A stretch of DNA of 64,000 bases. Source: Tubiluchus corallicola. Taxonomy: Eukaryota; Animalia; Priapulida. The stretch lies in assembly GCA_030141605.1 (NCBI GenBank), contig JAQGDQ010000528.1, positions 89,365 to 153,364 on the forward strand, in the 5' to 3' direction. Positions within the stretch are counted from its first letter, which is position 1, and each line of letters starts with the position of its first letter. The notes under the pieces are model-generated. The model saw nothing but the letters and a program-made list of their open reading frames with translations, ran no database searches and had not been told where the DNA came from. The position numbers and the translations under genes are program-made. Positions 13,030 through 26,200 of the stretch are shown here, piece by piece.

Positions 13030-14510
13030 ATAAACCACTTTAACGAAGAATTGTTTAAACTACTTAAATAAAAAAACTTAACTGGTAAAACAGTTAATAT
13101 ATGTGGCAATATAAATATAAACTTGCTCCAATACAGTGAAAATGCATCTATTCCAACTATCTCAACATGCTATATGAAAACAGCGTTTTTCTGCTGTTAC
13201 ACAAAATATACGGACGATCACCAACTCAAAAGCTCTCATCGACCACATAGATACTAATAATACGCAACATCCACTCGTTACAAGATTGTCACATGTGAAG
13301 TAGCAAACCACTTACCAATTTTTACAGTAAGTAAATCATCGTTAATTTAAAAAAGCACCAAAAATCTAGTCATCAGGGACAGTAAACACTTCAATTCCGG
13401 GCATCTCCTTACTGCTCTGAAAGAAGCATTGTTCAGTGTTCCCAATTCTAAAACTTACGACATCAACATTACATTCAAATTTGCCAACGACGCTTTCACT
13501 CCTACGTTGCATCATCATCGCACGTTAAGAAGAAGAGAGTCGAGGACATTTCGCAAACCATGGATCACTCCTGGTATTTCAAAATTAATTCAAACAAGAA
13601 GTGTTGATATTAAACACAAAATATCTATAACTCCATTTACAAAATCAACTACTACAAAACGAACAAGCTCAATCATGGTAAGTCCTCATCAAGAAAGAAT
13701 TACTATAATAACTTATTTCACCTTTACAAAAACAACCTGACAAAAACATGGAGAACTCTTACCGGCATTTTGAAAGTAAAAGATAAAAAATATGCCATTC
13801 CGTCAGTGCTTGAAGTGAATGGCAAAATCTATACTGACTCTACGTCAATTACAAATTGGTTTAATCAGTTGGCTTCAATATAGCTAAAATCATACATCTG
13901 CTTGTACTGATTTTAAAAGTTACTTACCGGTTCCAAATTGCAATTCAGTCTTTCCTAATCCCGTAATTCTTGAAGAAAGTAAAAGTACTTTAGCTAAACC
14001 CAGTACTAATAAATCCCCTGTAACCGATGATATTCCAATCAAATATTTTTCAAACCAACATCCGAAGTAATTGCGCCACTCCTAGTTTAATTGATAAAAA
14101 ATGCTTAAGTCGCGAACTCTTTCCTAACTGCGTAAAAATAGCCAAATTCACTGTCATTTACAAATCTGATTCTTCACTAAACTTATCCAATCTTCAACCA
14201 ATTTCAAATCCATCCTTAAAACTTTTTGAAAAGGCTTTGTGTCAGCGCTTAAATAACTTCTACCACTTCTACACAAGCAATATTTTATAAAAATTTTGAT
14301 TTGAAATTGAAATTCATTCTCTATAGCCCTAGCTATAACCGAATTTATAGAAAAGTGACAGCTCTGTCTGGACAAAAACTCTGTTACATGTGCAATGTTT
14401 CAAGATCTGTTGAAACGTTCGCCACAATCCAGCACTATATCTTACTTCATAAACTAGAAAACTATGACATATGAGGTGCAGTCTTAAATCTCATCAAATG
14501 ATCCCTGGAC
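13030..14510 (+). mobile_element. Decayed non-LTR retrotransposon ORF2 (endonuclease + N-terminal RT, CR1/L2 group)
   Basis: Frameshifted motifs ICGNININLL, LIDHI, NHLPIF, KPWITPGI, KTWR, KSPVTDDIP, FPNCVKIAKFTVIYK, QPIS, KLFEK, ILLHKLENY. Confidence 0.8.
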
Positions 14511-14544
14511 AATTGTCAAACCATGTAAAAAAATTGCGCATAAC

Positions 14545-14880
14545 ACACAATGACAAACCATACTTCATTCACCACATCAGACCACCCACACCACCTCACT
14601 CACAACTCCCCACATTCACCATGCTGCACGAACACCACACTGCCCTACACCACACTACATGACCCACATCGTACCACTCCGCGACCTTACCCACGTCATC
14701 CTCTCCACAAAACACCACGATACCCACATTGCACTACGCTACCCCAACATGCCAACCACACCACACCAACCACACCACACCCACCACATCACACCCACCG
14801 CATCACACCATTCACAGCACACTCACTGCACCCACTATGCCACACCATCCGCAGCATACTCATTACACCCACACCCGTAA
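14545..14880. repeat. CA/CAC-rich low-complexity tract
   Basis: Almost entirely C/A with degenerate caccac units; explains His/Thr/Pro-rich ORFs. Confidence 0.8.
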
Positions 14881-15406
14881 TCTATAACACTGCAGAACGG
14901 CGGGTGACAACAATGCTTAGAACAGCTGCAAAATTCCTCAAACTCAAAGACAATGTTTTTCCTCAAGTTCTCAACAGTGAACAGCACTGGCCACTGGGTG
15001 GTTTGGCAAGAACTTCAAAATTCATCACTCCCATTTCATCTCTCTCAAGGAAACCTTCAAAGCCTTATAGACCGTTTCATCTTCTCTCTGTGAGTGTGCT
15101 TATTTATTCTCAATATGCCCAAAGAATTGCTCAAATCGAGTTTTCTGGAGTTTTTGTAATTTTTCACAAAATTTGGACGCATGGTCCTGGGAAAACGGCC
15201 ATTGTGGGAAACTGTGACCTTTTCTCTAATACACTTACTGCAGACAGTGTTGAACGCGCCAAGCGAATTATTAAGAATGGAACTGTAATGCTTCAGAAGT
15301 TGGTTGGTGTTGTAAACTGCTGCTATTGTTTGTGATTAAATAGTTCATTACTGGCTGCTCTGTTTTGTGGAGTTTTCGTAGGGAATGTTGTTTTATCAAG
15401 AAGCTA

Positions 15407-15622
<216 letters not shown>

Positions 15623-15830
15623 CTTTATTTAAATTCGGCTTTTTGGATCAACAATTAACATGAGATCCGAAGATCTTCTGGACCGACCATAAACAGAGCA
15701 TAAACGACCTATATAACAGAGACTACCCCACTTTTACCCTAAATACAGCGCGTCACGCAGGGAACAGCAGGTACCATTTTTAAAGTCTTTGGTATGACCC
15801 GGCTGCTGTATCGAACTTCCTGACGGAAAG
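15623..15830 (-). mobile_element. tRNA-derived SINE remnant
   Basis: Minus strand B-box-like GTTCGATAC followed by GGGTCATACCAAAGACTTTAAAAATGGTACC central block, ending aataaaga(tta)n. Confidence 0.65.
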
Positions 15831-16807
15831 CGATCTGTTAAGCGCTTTATTTTAGGTACTTAATTTGTAAATACCCTCCATTAGTATTGCATAGTTTTAG
15901 GTAAAAATAGACATCAGGTTGTGATTAACTCCGTCCTCACTTTAATTCTATATTCTCCTGAAAATATTGCAATCTTTTCGCTGAGTTCTAGCGGATGTAG
16001 ACGAGGTGTTTTATTTTTTCGGTTTTGGAATCTTCGTACATTGACTTAATTGTTTAAGTCATAACATCTTTAATCATTTTTCTGATAAGAATAATTTACT
16101 TACATAATTATAGAATGTTGTTTATTTATTGTCGATGTCACAGGGCAGGCTCATATGTTTTGGTTGAGTAGGGTTACAAGTTATTATAGAAAATGCTTAA
16201 ACTTTGTTTATGCTGCTTTAATTTTTCTCCACAGCCAAAAAGCCAGTCCAGAAGTATAACATGGGCAAAATATAAGTGATATGACACTGCAATTTCATGC
16301 AATTTCTTCGATCAAGCAATATTAACATAATTATTAGTCTTAAATCTAAGGCATACTAGCAGAAAAACTTTAAGAAAAGTGGCTGCGATAATTTATTGTA
16401 TATTTTTATTTAAATAACAATTCGTGGTTATTATGGCTGTTTGGCTACATTTACTTTTGTTTATGAAAAATGAGTCATCATTTATAAAAATTAAAAAATG
16501 GACATGAATTATAGTATCTTGTAAGTTTGATAACACATTCTGAGAATGTGTAATGAATATGCGGATATGAAAATGTGGATATATATTAGGATATGCCCCT
16601 TTGAAAAATGTACGTAAAACAAGTTCTGCTTAATTTATAACTAGGAAATACAAAAGATAATTTATTTGTCGTCTTGTGCATCGGGAAGCCAATCATAATA
16701 ATAAAAGCTTCTCTGAAAAAGTCGTCATCTTCACTGGGTAAAGTAGATAGCAGAAACGACGTCAGAGAAGCCATGCAGAAAAGAGGTCAGAGAAGCCATG
16801 CTTTAAT

Positions 16808-17205
16808 TTAGGGCTGATGCATGTTGCTCGGCTGGATCTGCAAAATATAATAATACAGAAGAGATAAATAAGATCATTTTGAACTGTTATCTAAAAAACT
16901 GAATGTACAGTGTAAGATGCCAAAAAGACACTTAGATAGTTGAGTTAATTTTACTGTTATCTCTTAAACTTATAAAAAAAAGTAACACAAGCAGTAAAAA
17001 GCTAATTATTTATATTAATGCTGTATGGAAATTTTCAGGCCCGGTGTTAGCTGCCATTCAGTAGACGGTTGTGATGTAACTGTTGGAGTTCTATGTCTAT
17101 GTCTATGTCTATGTCTATGTCTATGTCTATGTCTATGTCTATGTCTATGTCTATGTCTATGTCTATGTCTATGTCTATGTCTATGTCTCTGTCTCTGTCT
17201 CTGTC

Positions 17206-17286
<81 letters not shown>

Positions 17287-20200
17287 ACGTCTACGTCTAC
17301 GTCTACGTCTATGTCTATGTCTATGTCTATGTGACTTTTCGTAATCGCACTGTCTGCAAGCGTGCGCTGTTTAAACTAGTTCAAACTTTTGCAGCTTATC
17401 TAATTTTCACGCAATATCACGAAATTGGTAGAAATCTAGTTTTTTGTATAAATTTTATTATACTTCTGACAGTATTTGACAGAGCACTGTTTTACTTCAG
17501 CTGATGAATGTGACATCATTGGTGTTAAGTAGAATGGCCGAGTGGTTTGTATTTGGTGCTGCAAACACTCAGGCTTGAGTTCGAGACCACCGGCTGGCAA
17601 CACCAGGATATATACCATGCATTGTGTGTTGGGTCCTCACCTGTCTTGTTGTAAGTCGCTGAATAGCCGTTAATACTAATGTTGTCTGTCAAATGAGCAA
17701 GAGTAAATAAATCTTGTCTTTTGCTTGACAAATTGGCATTCAAAATAGCAGCGCCCAAGTGTGAAATAATGCGACTTTAAAGTAACTTTATTACTTATAC
17801 GAGGCGCTTAGCCATATTTATTACCAAATCCATGTAACAATTCTTCAGAACATTGAAAAAAGCCTAACTTCTCAGAAGGCTTAAGCTGTGATTTATTGAG
17901 TCTCACACAGCATAATTCTTGTGTAAATGTAAGAAATCAATGCAAGTTACACTATTACAATTTTGTTTTTTCGACAACTTCAGTTTTTTATGTGATGCAA
18001 CCTTCCTTACCTGTTTATCGTTTTCTGTTTGCTGGTGGTATTCTAGTGTCGCTGCTTTGTGCTAAAAATAAATAAATATTTGATATGTCTCTGTAAGTCT
18101 TTTGATATAATCTGATTTAACATTAAATACTTTAATTCTTAGTTTCGATTGCTCAATACAGTTGAAATACACGTCTGACAGCCAATCAGTTATGTTTACA
18201 CAAAAGACGTCACTGCGCTAACGCGCATAGTGAAACCAGAACAACAGGTATTGCATTTCAAAAGCTTTAGCTGATGATGCACGCGTTAGGTCTACAGTGT
18301 CGCTATGCGTACGATCATAGACCTGAGCATGATCGTAGGTCTGAGCATGATCATAGATCTGAGCATGATCATAGATCTGTGCATGATCATAGATCTGAGC
18401 ATGATCGTAGCTCTGAGCATGATCATAGATCTGAGCATGATCATAGATCTGTGCATGATCATAGATCTGAGCATGATCACAGACCTGAGCATGATCATAG
18501 ATCTGAGCAAGATCGTAGATATGTGCATGATCGTAGATACGAGCATGATCATAGATCTGTGCATGATCGTAGGTCTGAGCATGATCGTAGATCTGAGCAT
18601 GGTCATAGACCTGAGCATGATCATAGATCTGTGCATGATCGTAGATATGAGCATGATCATAGATCTGTGTATGATCGTAGATATGAGCATGATAATAGAT
18701 CTGTGCATGATCGTAGATCTGAGCATGATCATAGATCTGAGCATGGTCATAGATCTGTGCATGATCATAGACCTGTGCATGATCATAGACCTGAGCATGA
18801 TCATAGATCTGTGCATGTCGTAGATATGAGCATGATCATAGATCTGTGTATGATCGTAGATATGAGCATGATCATAGATCTGAGCCTGATCATAGATCTG
18901 TGCATGATCATAGACCTGTGCATGATCATAGACCTGAGCATGATCATAGATCTGTGCATGATCGTAGATATGAGCATGATCATAGATCTGTGTATGATCG
19001 TAGATATGAGCATGATCATAGATCTGTGCATGATCGTAGGTCTGAGCATGATCATAGATCTGTGCATGATCATAGATCTGAGCATGACCATAGATCTGTG
19101 CATGATCGTAGATCTGTGCATGATCGTAGATCTGAGCATGATCATAGATCTGTGCATGATCGTATATTTGAGCATGATTATAGATCTGTGCATGATCGTA
19201 GATCTGTGCATGATCGTAGGTCTGAGCATGATCATAGAGACTAATGCCTAAGCAAACCCACGTTGTTGTTTGACCTGTGTGTAGCAGTAGTCAAGCGCTA
19301 TTGTTTGTGAAAGGAAACAGAACGAATTGAAACTGTACGAGCACAATATGAACTAGTAACTAACTGGTTGAGACGAAATTTTCATTTATCCCCTCACCGA
19401 TCTCCACTATACTCATGCAAAAAATTCACTTCATCTTTTTTATAATCATTAATACACTATAGATTAGCTTTGCACTGTTCACTCAGAATGACGTGAGATC
19501 TCGAGTAAACAATGAAAAGAAAACAAATTTTATTAAAGCCTTATGAAATGTTTCGTCATCAGTGACTGATCGCCAATCAAACAATCAGTTATACAGGCAG
19601 AGGCTATAGTACAGAAATCCATTAATAATTTAAAAGAAAATCAAATGTAAAGAATTAACAGGCCCGTAGAAAATAAAGACATAGAATAAAAGCATAGCTA
19701 GATGTTTCAACAGAGCTGTTAGTTCATTTACATATTTGACTTTCTTGTAAATGCATAATTAGTGAATTTCTGTATTGTAAGTTTTGCCTGTATAACTGGC
19801 TGTTTGTTTGTGTGATCTATCATTGATGATGACTACAATCAAGGCTGCAATCAAAACGTTTGTGATATACTTTATAAAGTTTTATAAACTTTTAATAAAA
19901 GGTATTTTTTAGTGTTACTGTAACTGCCTGCCTAAATCCAATACAATGCAAAACTAATGACAATTTTGAATATTATGCAACAGTGTAACCCTGTTTTTGA
20001 CTCTCAGTTATATAAGGAGTAAAAGTAATTTACATCATTAGTTGATGTTTGATGAATCTATCTGATAGAATGTCTTTGTGAAATGGCAATAATGCATAAA
20101 ATGAAAACATGAGAAACCAAATTACCTGACCATTCGGACCCTTCTGCAGCTAAACGAAAAAAAAACGATAAAAGTTATTATTATTTCAGCATCAGTAGAG

Positions 20201-23200
20201 AAACGAAAATATTTTAAACAAAGTTAGAGAAGCTGAAATGGATCTTCACGAATGCTGCGTTTTAGCCATAGGGGTTATTTGCCATGTTTAGATATACGAG
20301 TATTGCAAAGAGCTTTTTATAATGTGTGGCATTGACGATAATAACGGTGTTGAGTACAGCGATGATGGTCTTGGCGATCGTAGTGGTGGTGACGATCATG
20401 ACAAATTTCACTCCCTTCAATTGAGTTTTGCCTGAGAGAGGCCAATATTGAATGATCATTTGCTATAACTGAAAATCATTAGAGTACCCCACGGGTCATT
20501 TGCAGCTTGGCATCTTGTGCACATAATAATAAGTATATTATTAAATACTTTTACGTACAATGCCGTAATGATCATTGTGGATATATTTAATAAATAAATA
20601 AATCTGAATTAACTAAATTTGCCCCTACAGTGAAAGCATGTGAATGCGGGTGAACGTTTTAAAGACTTGTGTAACACGAGATGCTCATTTTAAGAACCAC
20701 AAAACTGCAGCACGATTTATCTACAGCTAAAATTAGTCTTAGTTTTTCTAAGCATTGTCTAGGCATTCCTTCATTACACAACCCATTAAGGTCATACATA
20801 TTGAAAACGGAAAAATTAGATAGGTGCAGCTAAATACCTACTGAAAAAAAACTACTGAAAATCTGAATGTCCGTATTCCTTTTTACTTTTGGTTATCTTT
20901 ATTAGTTTAAGAAGATGACAGCAAGCACCTGAGGTTGTGAAAACGCATGATGTTAATAACGCCAATTATACTCTATTGTGATAGCTTTTTGATTGAATTT
21001 TCTGATCTCAAAGCATATGATCATTATTATCGATCTTATTCCAATATTCATTTATATCGATTAACTGCATTTGAATTTTATAATACGCCTATAAGAATAT
21101 GTTAATTTAATTTTTAATGATAAATTAAAGACATAGTGCCAACTGCCAAGCCACCAAATGCTTTACATAGTGCCAAGCCACCAAATACTTTACATAGTGC
21201 CAAGCCACCAAATGCTTTACATAGTGCCAAGCCACCAAATACTTTACATAGTGCCAAGCCACCAAATGCTTTATATAGTGCCAAGCCACCAAATGCTTTA
21301 CATAGTGCCAAGCCACCAAATGCTTTACATAGTGCCAAGCCACCAAATGCTTTACATTGTACCAAGCCACCAAATGCTTTACATAGTGCCAAGCCACCAA
21401 ATGCTTTACATAGTGCCAAGCCACCAAATGCTTTACATAGTGCCAAGCCACCAAATGCTTTACGCAGTGCCAAGCCACCAAATGCTTTACGCAGTGCCAA
21501 GCCACCAAATGCTTTACATAGTGACAAGCCACCAAATGCTTTACATAGTGCCAAGTCACCAAATGCTTTACATAGTGCCAAGCCACCAAATGCTTTACAT
21601 AGTGCCAAGCCACCAAATGCTTTACATAGTGCCAAGCCACCAAATGCTTTACATAGTGCCAAGCCACCAAATACTTTACATAGTGCCAAGCCACCAAATG
21701 CTTTACATAGTGCCAAGCCACCAAATGCTTTACATAGTGCCAAGCCACCAAATGCTTTACATAGTGCCAAGTCACCAAATGCTTTACATAGTGCCAAGCC
21801 ACCAAATGCTTTACATAGTGCCAAGCCACCAAATGCTTTACATAGTGCCAAGCCACCAAATGCTTTACATAGTGCCAAGCCACCAAATGCTTTACATAGT
21901 GCCAAGCCACCAAATGCTTTACATAGTGCCAAGCCACCAAATGCTTTACATTGTACCAAGCCACCAAATGCTTTACATGGTGCCAAGCCACCAAATGCTT
22001 TATATAGTGCCAAGCCACCAAATGCTTTATATAGTGCCAAGCCACCAAATATTTTACATAGTGCCAAGCCACCAAATGCTTTATATCTTGCCAAAACACC
22101 AAATGCTTTACATAGTGCCAAGCCACCAAATGCTTTACATAGTGCCAAGCCACCAAATGCTTTATATAGTGCCAAGCCACCAAATGCTTTACATAGTGCC
22201 AAGCCACCAAATGCTTTATATAGTGCCAAGCCACCAAATGCTTTATATAGTGCCAAGCCACCAAATGCTTTACATAGTGTCAAGCCACCAAATACTTTAC
22301 AGAGTGCCAAGCCACCAAAACTAGATTCTGTAAATGAACAAGGGCAGCGTTTTTACGACTCTTGTAAAATGGTCTCATAAAATTTCTTCTATAAAAATAA
22401 CTTCATTATTGGCTAATTTGCATTGTCCTGCATGTGTGAGATAAATACTTCTTATATCTTATATCTTACGTTGTATTATCATTTTGCTCTACCGTCTGCA
22501 GATTTTCTTGAAATTCAACCTCTGGATTCGACGAGAAATATGTTAGATATTTTTAGAATATTGTTAATGATTTTCCCTGCCTGTTGTTACAAGTTCACTG
22601 AATACAGAATAACTTTAACAAAACATTAACATTCTCAAACTCAATTTACAGCTGGTGCAGAAACAACCTCGAACCAGTTACTTACAGATCTAGCATTGCT
22701 TAATTTTGTAGCTGAACACCAACCGGAACTAAATTTCTATTGCACTTAATGATTTTAGGAAGGCAAAAATGGTCAAGCATTTTTGTGGAAATTTTAGTTT
22801 TTTGTTCTACTGATGTCAAACCTACTCTGTTTAAATATTGTTGTTCATCTTTCTGTTATTTTAATCTCTGGATCTAAGCAAATGAAAAGCAGCCTACCAT
22901 TTTGCAACGACGAAGCTCTTTACTTACCATAGGAGCACAACGGCATCTGGAATATGTTCAGAGATTGGCTGTTATCATTTTAAAGTGATTTTATGTAAAA
23001 TACATTTACCCTTCGACAGCGTGTTTTAAATTTAAACAATGAAGCGATACGCAGTTCTTATTCTTAGTATTGATGGCACTCTAAATTCGAAACTTTTTGC
23101 CGTTTAGGAATATGCACACGGTCACCCTTTGTAAATATTTAGCTTACTAATCCTCTGTTCTTTGAGTAAATATTTATTTCATTTCTCTTGTGGTAGTATT

Positions 23201-26200
23201 TTTAAATAGTGATCGTTATTTAGTTCTGCTGGACAGTTCTGTACTGTACTGATATAAAAGTGAAATAATAAAAAAATAGTAACAATAAACTGAAGACAAA
23301 AGCAGAATGAAGCAAGAGTTACTCACTTGTCCATCTCTTTGAGATTTTGTATGCAACAGCTCCTACAAGCATCGCACCCAGAAGCGAGCAGAGAATAGGG
23401 AGAACCGTCCTCTTTCGTTCTTCCTCTAAAAAATGTTAACTAATTTTGTCAGAATTTTTACAAGATTCGAAGCATTAGCACGTTTTTGCCTGCAAGCAGC
23501 ATCAACACGTTTTACAACGTTTTCCCGGATAACATCGGCAGGATTTCCAAAATTAAACAAAATTTTTGCAAAATGGCTTTCTTTCAAAATGCATGTTTTA
23601 AAATTGCTTTTTCTATAAAGTTCGGGCGCTTTTTATAAAACGCAATTGCATTGCACCATAGTGAGAGCCGAAAAGGTCGTATAATTTAAAGCATGTAGCT
23701 CTACTTTCCAATGTAGGCATTTTGCACTAAGGACGCACAACATAATGCCTCAAGGAGCAGTTCCTTGGGGGATTCCTCACGAAAATGGAAGAAACTGTTT
23801 TCTATGGCGCATTTCATACCGATGATGCGCGACAAAATACCGCGTGCAGTTTATCGTGAGAAATTCTGCCGCCAGCTAGAAGCTATGCGTCCTCCTGGTG
23901 ACGAATTTTACCCCATGGTAGAAAAATTGTATGTTACATTTTTTGGTGAGAAATCCCCGCACAATTCAGCCTTAAATTTAATAAATCAATTACTTCCTTC
24001 TTACTTCACAGATTTTAAGATAAAATTCTAAGATTTAATCTCTTTTTTCATATACTAACAATTTTTTGCTTTATTTATGCAACATCAATGGCTATACGCG
24101 CGAAAAAAATAACGTCTGCATATATTTATCTTATATATATATTATTTTTCAGATATTTGAGTGGTTCGAAGAAACAAACAGGTCTGACATTACATTGGCA
24201 AGCTTTATTAATAGCACTTTTTTGCATACGAGAGAAAACCAAAAACAAACAGTAAAGAGAACCTGTTAAAATATGTTAAATGTCAAATAATTATACTAAG
24301 AAGAGTACTCGTGAAGCCAAGCCAAATAAGGAAATCTTAAGGAGCGGTGTCACGTGACGACGTGGGCGAAGAACTGACAAACTTGTCAGACTGCGCACGC
24401 AGCTGATATATAGGCCGTGACACCAGCTAGCAGGGGAGCTTGGTCACACTTCACACTCACGCGCAGGACGTCTCTTGTAGATCAGGGGCCTTGGCATCGC
24501 TATACATTTATTATATTGTGATGTTATTTAAAAAAAGTGTTATTTCGCAAACAAAGTCTTGATAACTTTGCCATTACTCAAACGTTCATAAACAGCTACA
24601 CCCAGCTCACACACGCACTACCACTATACCACAGACTTAATAATTTTACTTTCCAAAACCACAACCCACACAGTGACACGAACTTCCTTGCTGAACGGGA
24701 TTTCGGAAAAAATCGGAAGCTTCAGAAAATTCCGTTCGTCCTCGCTGTGAAATGGGCCTAGAATGTACGAAAACCTTATAATTTAGAGGAATGTTTACCT
24801 CCTTCCTTCTGTGTGTCCTCAGTATCTGCTGAAGTAAAGTATGGTGCCGTAGTAACATTTGCTGGTGCTGTAACAAACGGTGATTAAACGTTATTAAAAA
24901 GTATAAACGGCGCAGGAGTTTTGAAGTCAAATTTAATGTAAAAACAAGTTTTCTTTAATAAAAAGAGCTGACCGTAACATCTAAGTTTAGTACCATTTTT
25001 ATTTGATTTTGTTGCTTCCTTTCTAATGAAACTCAGCCTCGAAGTTGAATTTTCCGCCAAAATTGGCTTTTATTACCCGTGATTTTCCGAAGTTTGACAT
25101 CATGATTGGGAATATCACAGGTAATACACGAGTCATTGTTGACAACAACTCTTTTGATGAAGCAAAGAACATTTAAAGATATGATTATAATTATAATGTA
25201 ACAGCATAACTAATTAGAATCTAAATTATGTGTTCCATTTCTGCAAAAGACGTTGTCAGCAACTGTGACGATTTTGGTTATATGGTAGAGATATTGTATG
25301 TTTAAATATAGAATTTTCATCTCTCATGCCGTTTATGGTTCTTGTTTTATTAATGTTTTAGTTAGATACAAAGCATGTCAGTTAGAAGTGATAATAAACG
25401 AATAATAACACAGATTAAGCCTGAAAACAAAAATGATAGCAACAATTTTTCACTCAATTAAAAGAATAATCTTGTCGGTTTTGAAATGAAAAAATATCTT
25501 TCGTAATTTGAGAATGTTATTTTCGTGTCGTGGACATTAAAACAAGGCAATAAAAATATTAACTTGAAATCAGGACTTGGCCTGGGACTTTCTGCTTTTG
25601 AACCAGACACAACCACTGCCATGATACAGCAGAGAGTAACGTCTCATTCATTAAGACATTGTAACAGTAATAAAAATTTATTTTCAGGCAATTAAGCAAC
25701 AATGTGGCAATATATTACTTACTTGGGTCACATTGTACTCCAGTATAGTCTGGCGGACAACTACAACTGAAATAACCGGCTCCATTAAGACAGGTGCCAC
25801 CATTTCGACACGGTAACGAAAAACATTCGTCTGGATCTAGTAATGAACAGAAAACCTGAGAAGTTCAAGTATCGTTTTTATGTTGATCCACAGTTTTCGC
25901 ATCAGCATTAAGTAAGTTATAAATCAGAAATTCATCACAACTAAAATCTGCACTACCTTCGTAACAGTAACAGATTTCAATAGGAACCTCTGAAGTTTTT
26001 AAGGTAACAATATTCTTACAATTCTAATACATGGTTTAGCTATAATATTTATAAACAACGTAACATAACATGGATTAACCTAGACATATAGTCCAATATG
26101 GGCTACAGCCTGAGGCCCATCAAGCGTTGGTAACGTTTGGTAACGTGTCTTTTCACTATGGTTGTATTAAAATATGTGCTAATTTGGCTTTTAATAAATA

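Noticed and set aside
14550-15335. 261-aa plus-strand ORF
   Set aside because: First half is CA-rich low complexity; the rest has no recognisable motif.
17526-17620. Possible tRNA gene
   Set aside because: A and B boxes present but no acceptor stem or cloverleaf; treated as a SINE head.
18274-19251. His/Asp/Arg-rich 325-aa ORF and overlapping ORFs
   Set aside because: Product of an 18-bp minisatellite; open on both strands and the repeat frame is switched by an internal 2-nt deletion.
21114-22380. Four ORFs of 379-414 aa
   Set aside because: Translations of a 27-bp tandem repeat; no splice or domain support.
24346-24424. Short inverted repeat ggtgtcacg...cgtgacacc
   Set aside because: Only 9 bp, no TSD and no second copy seen in the window.
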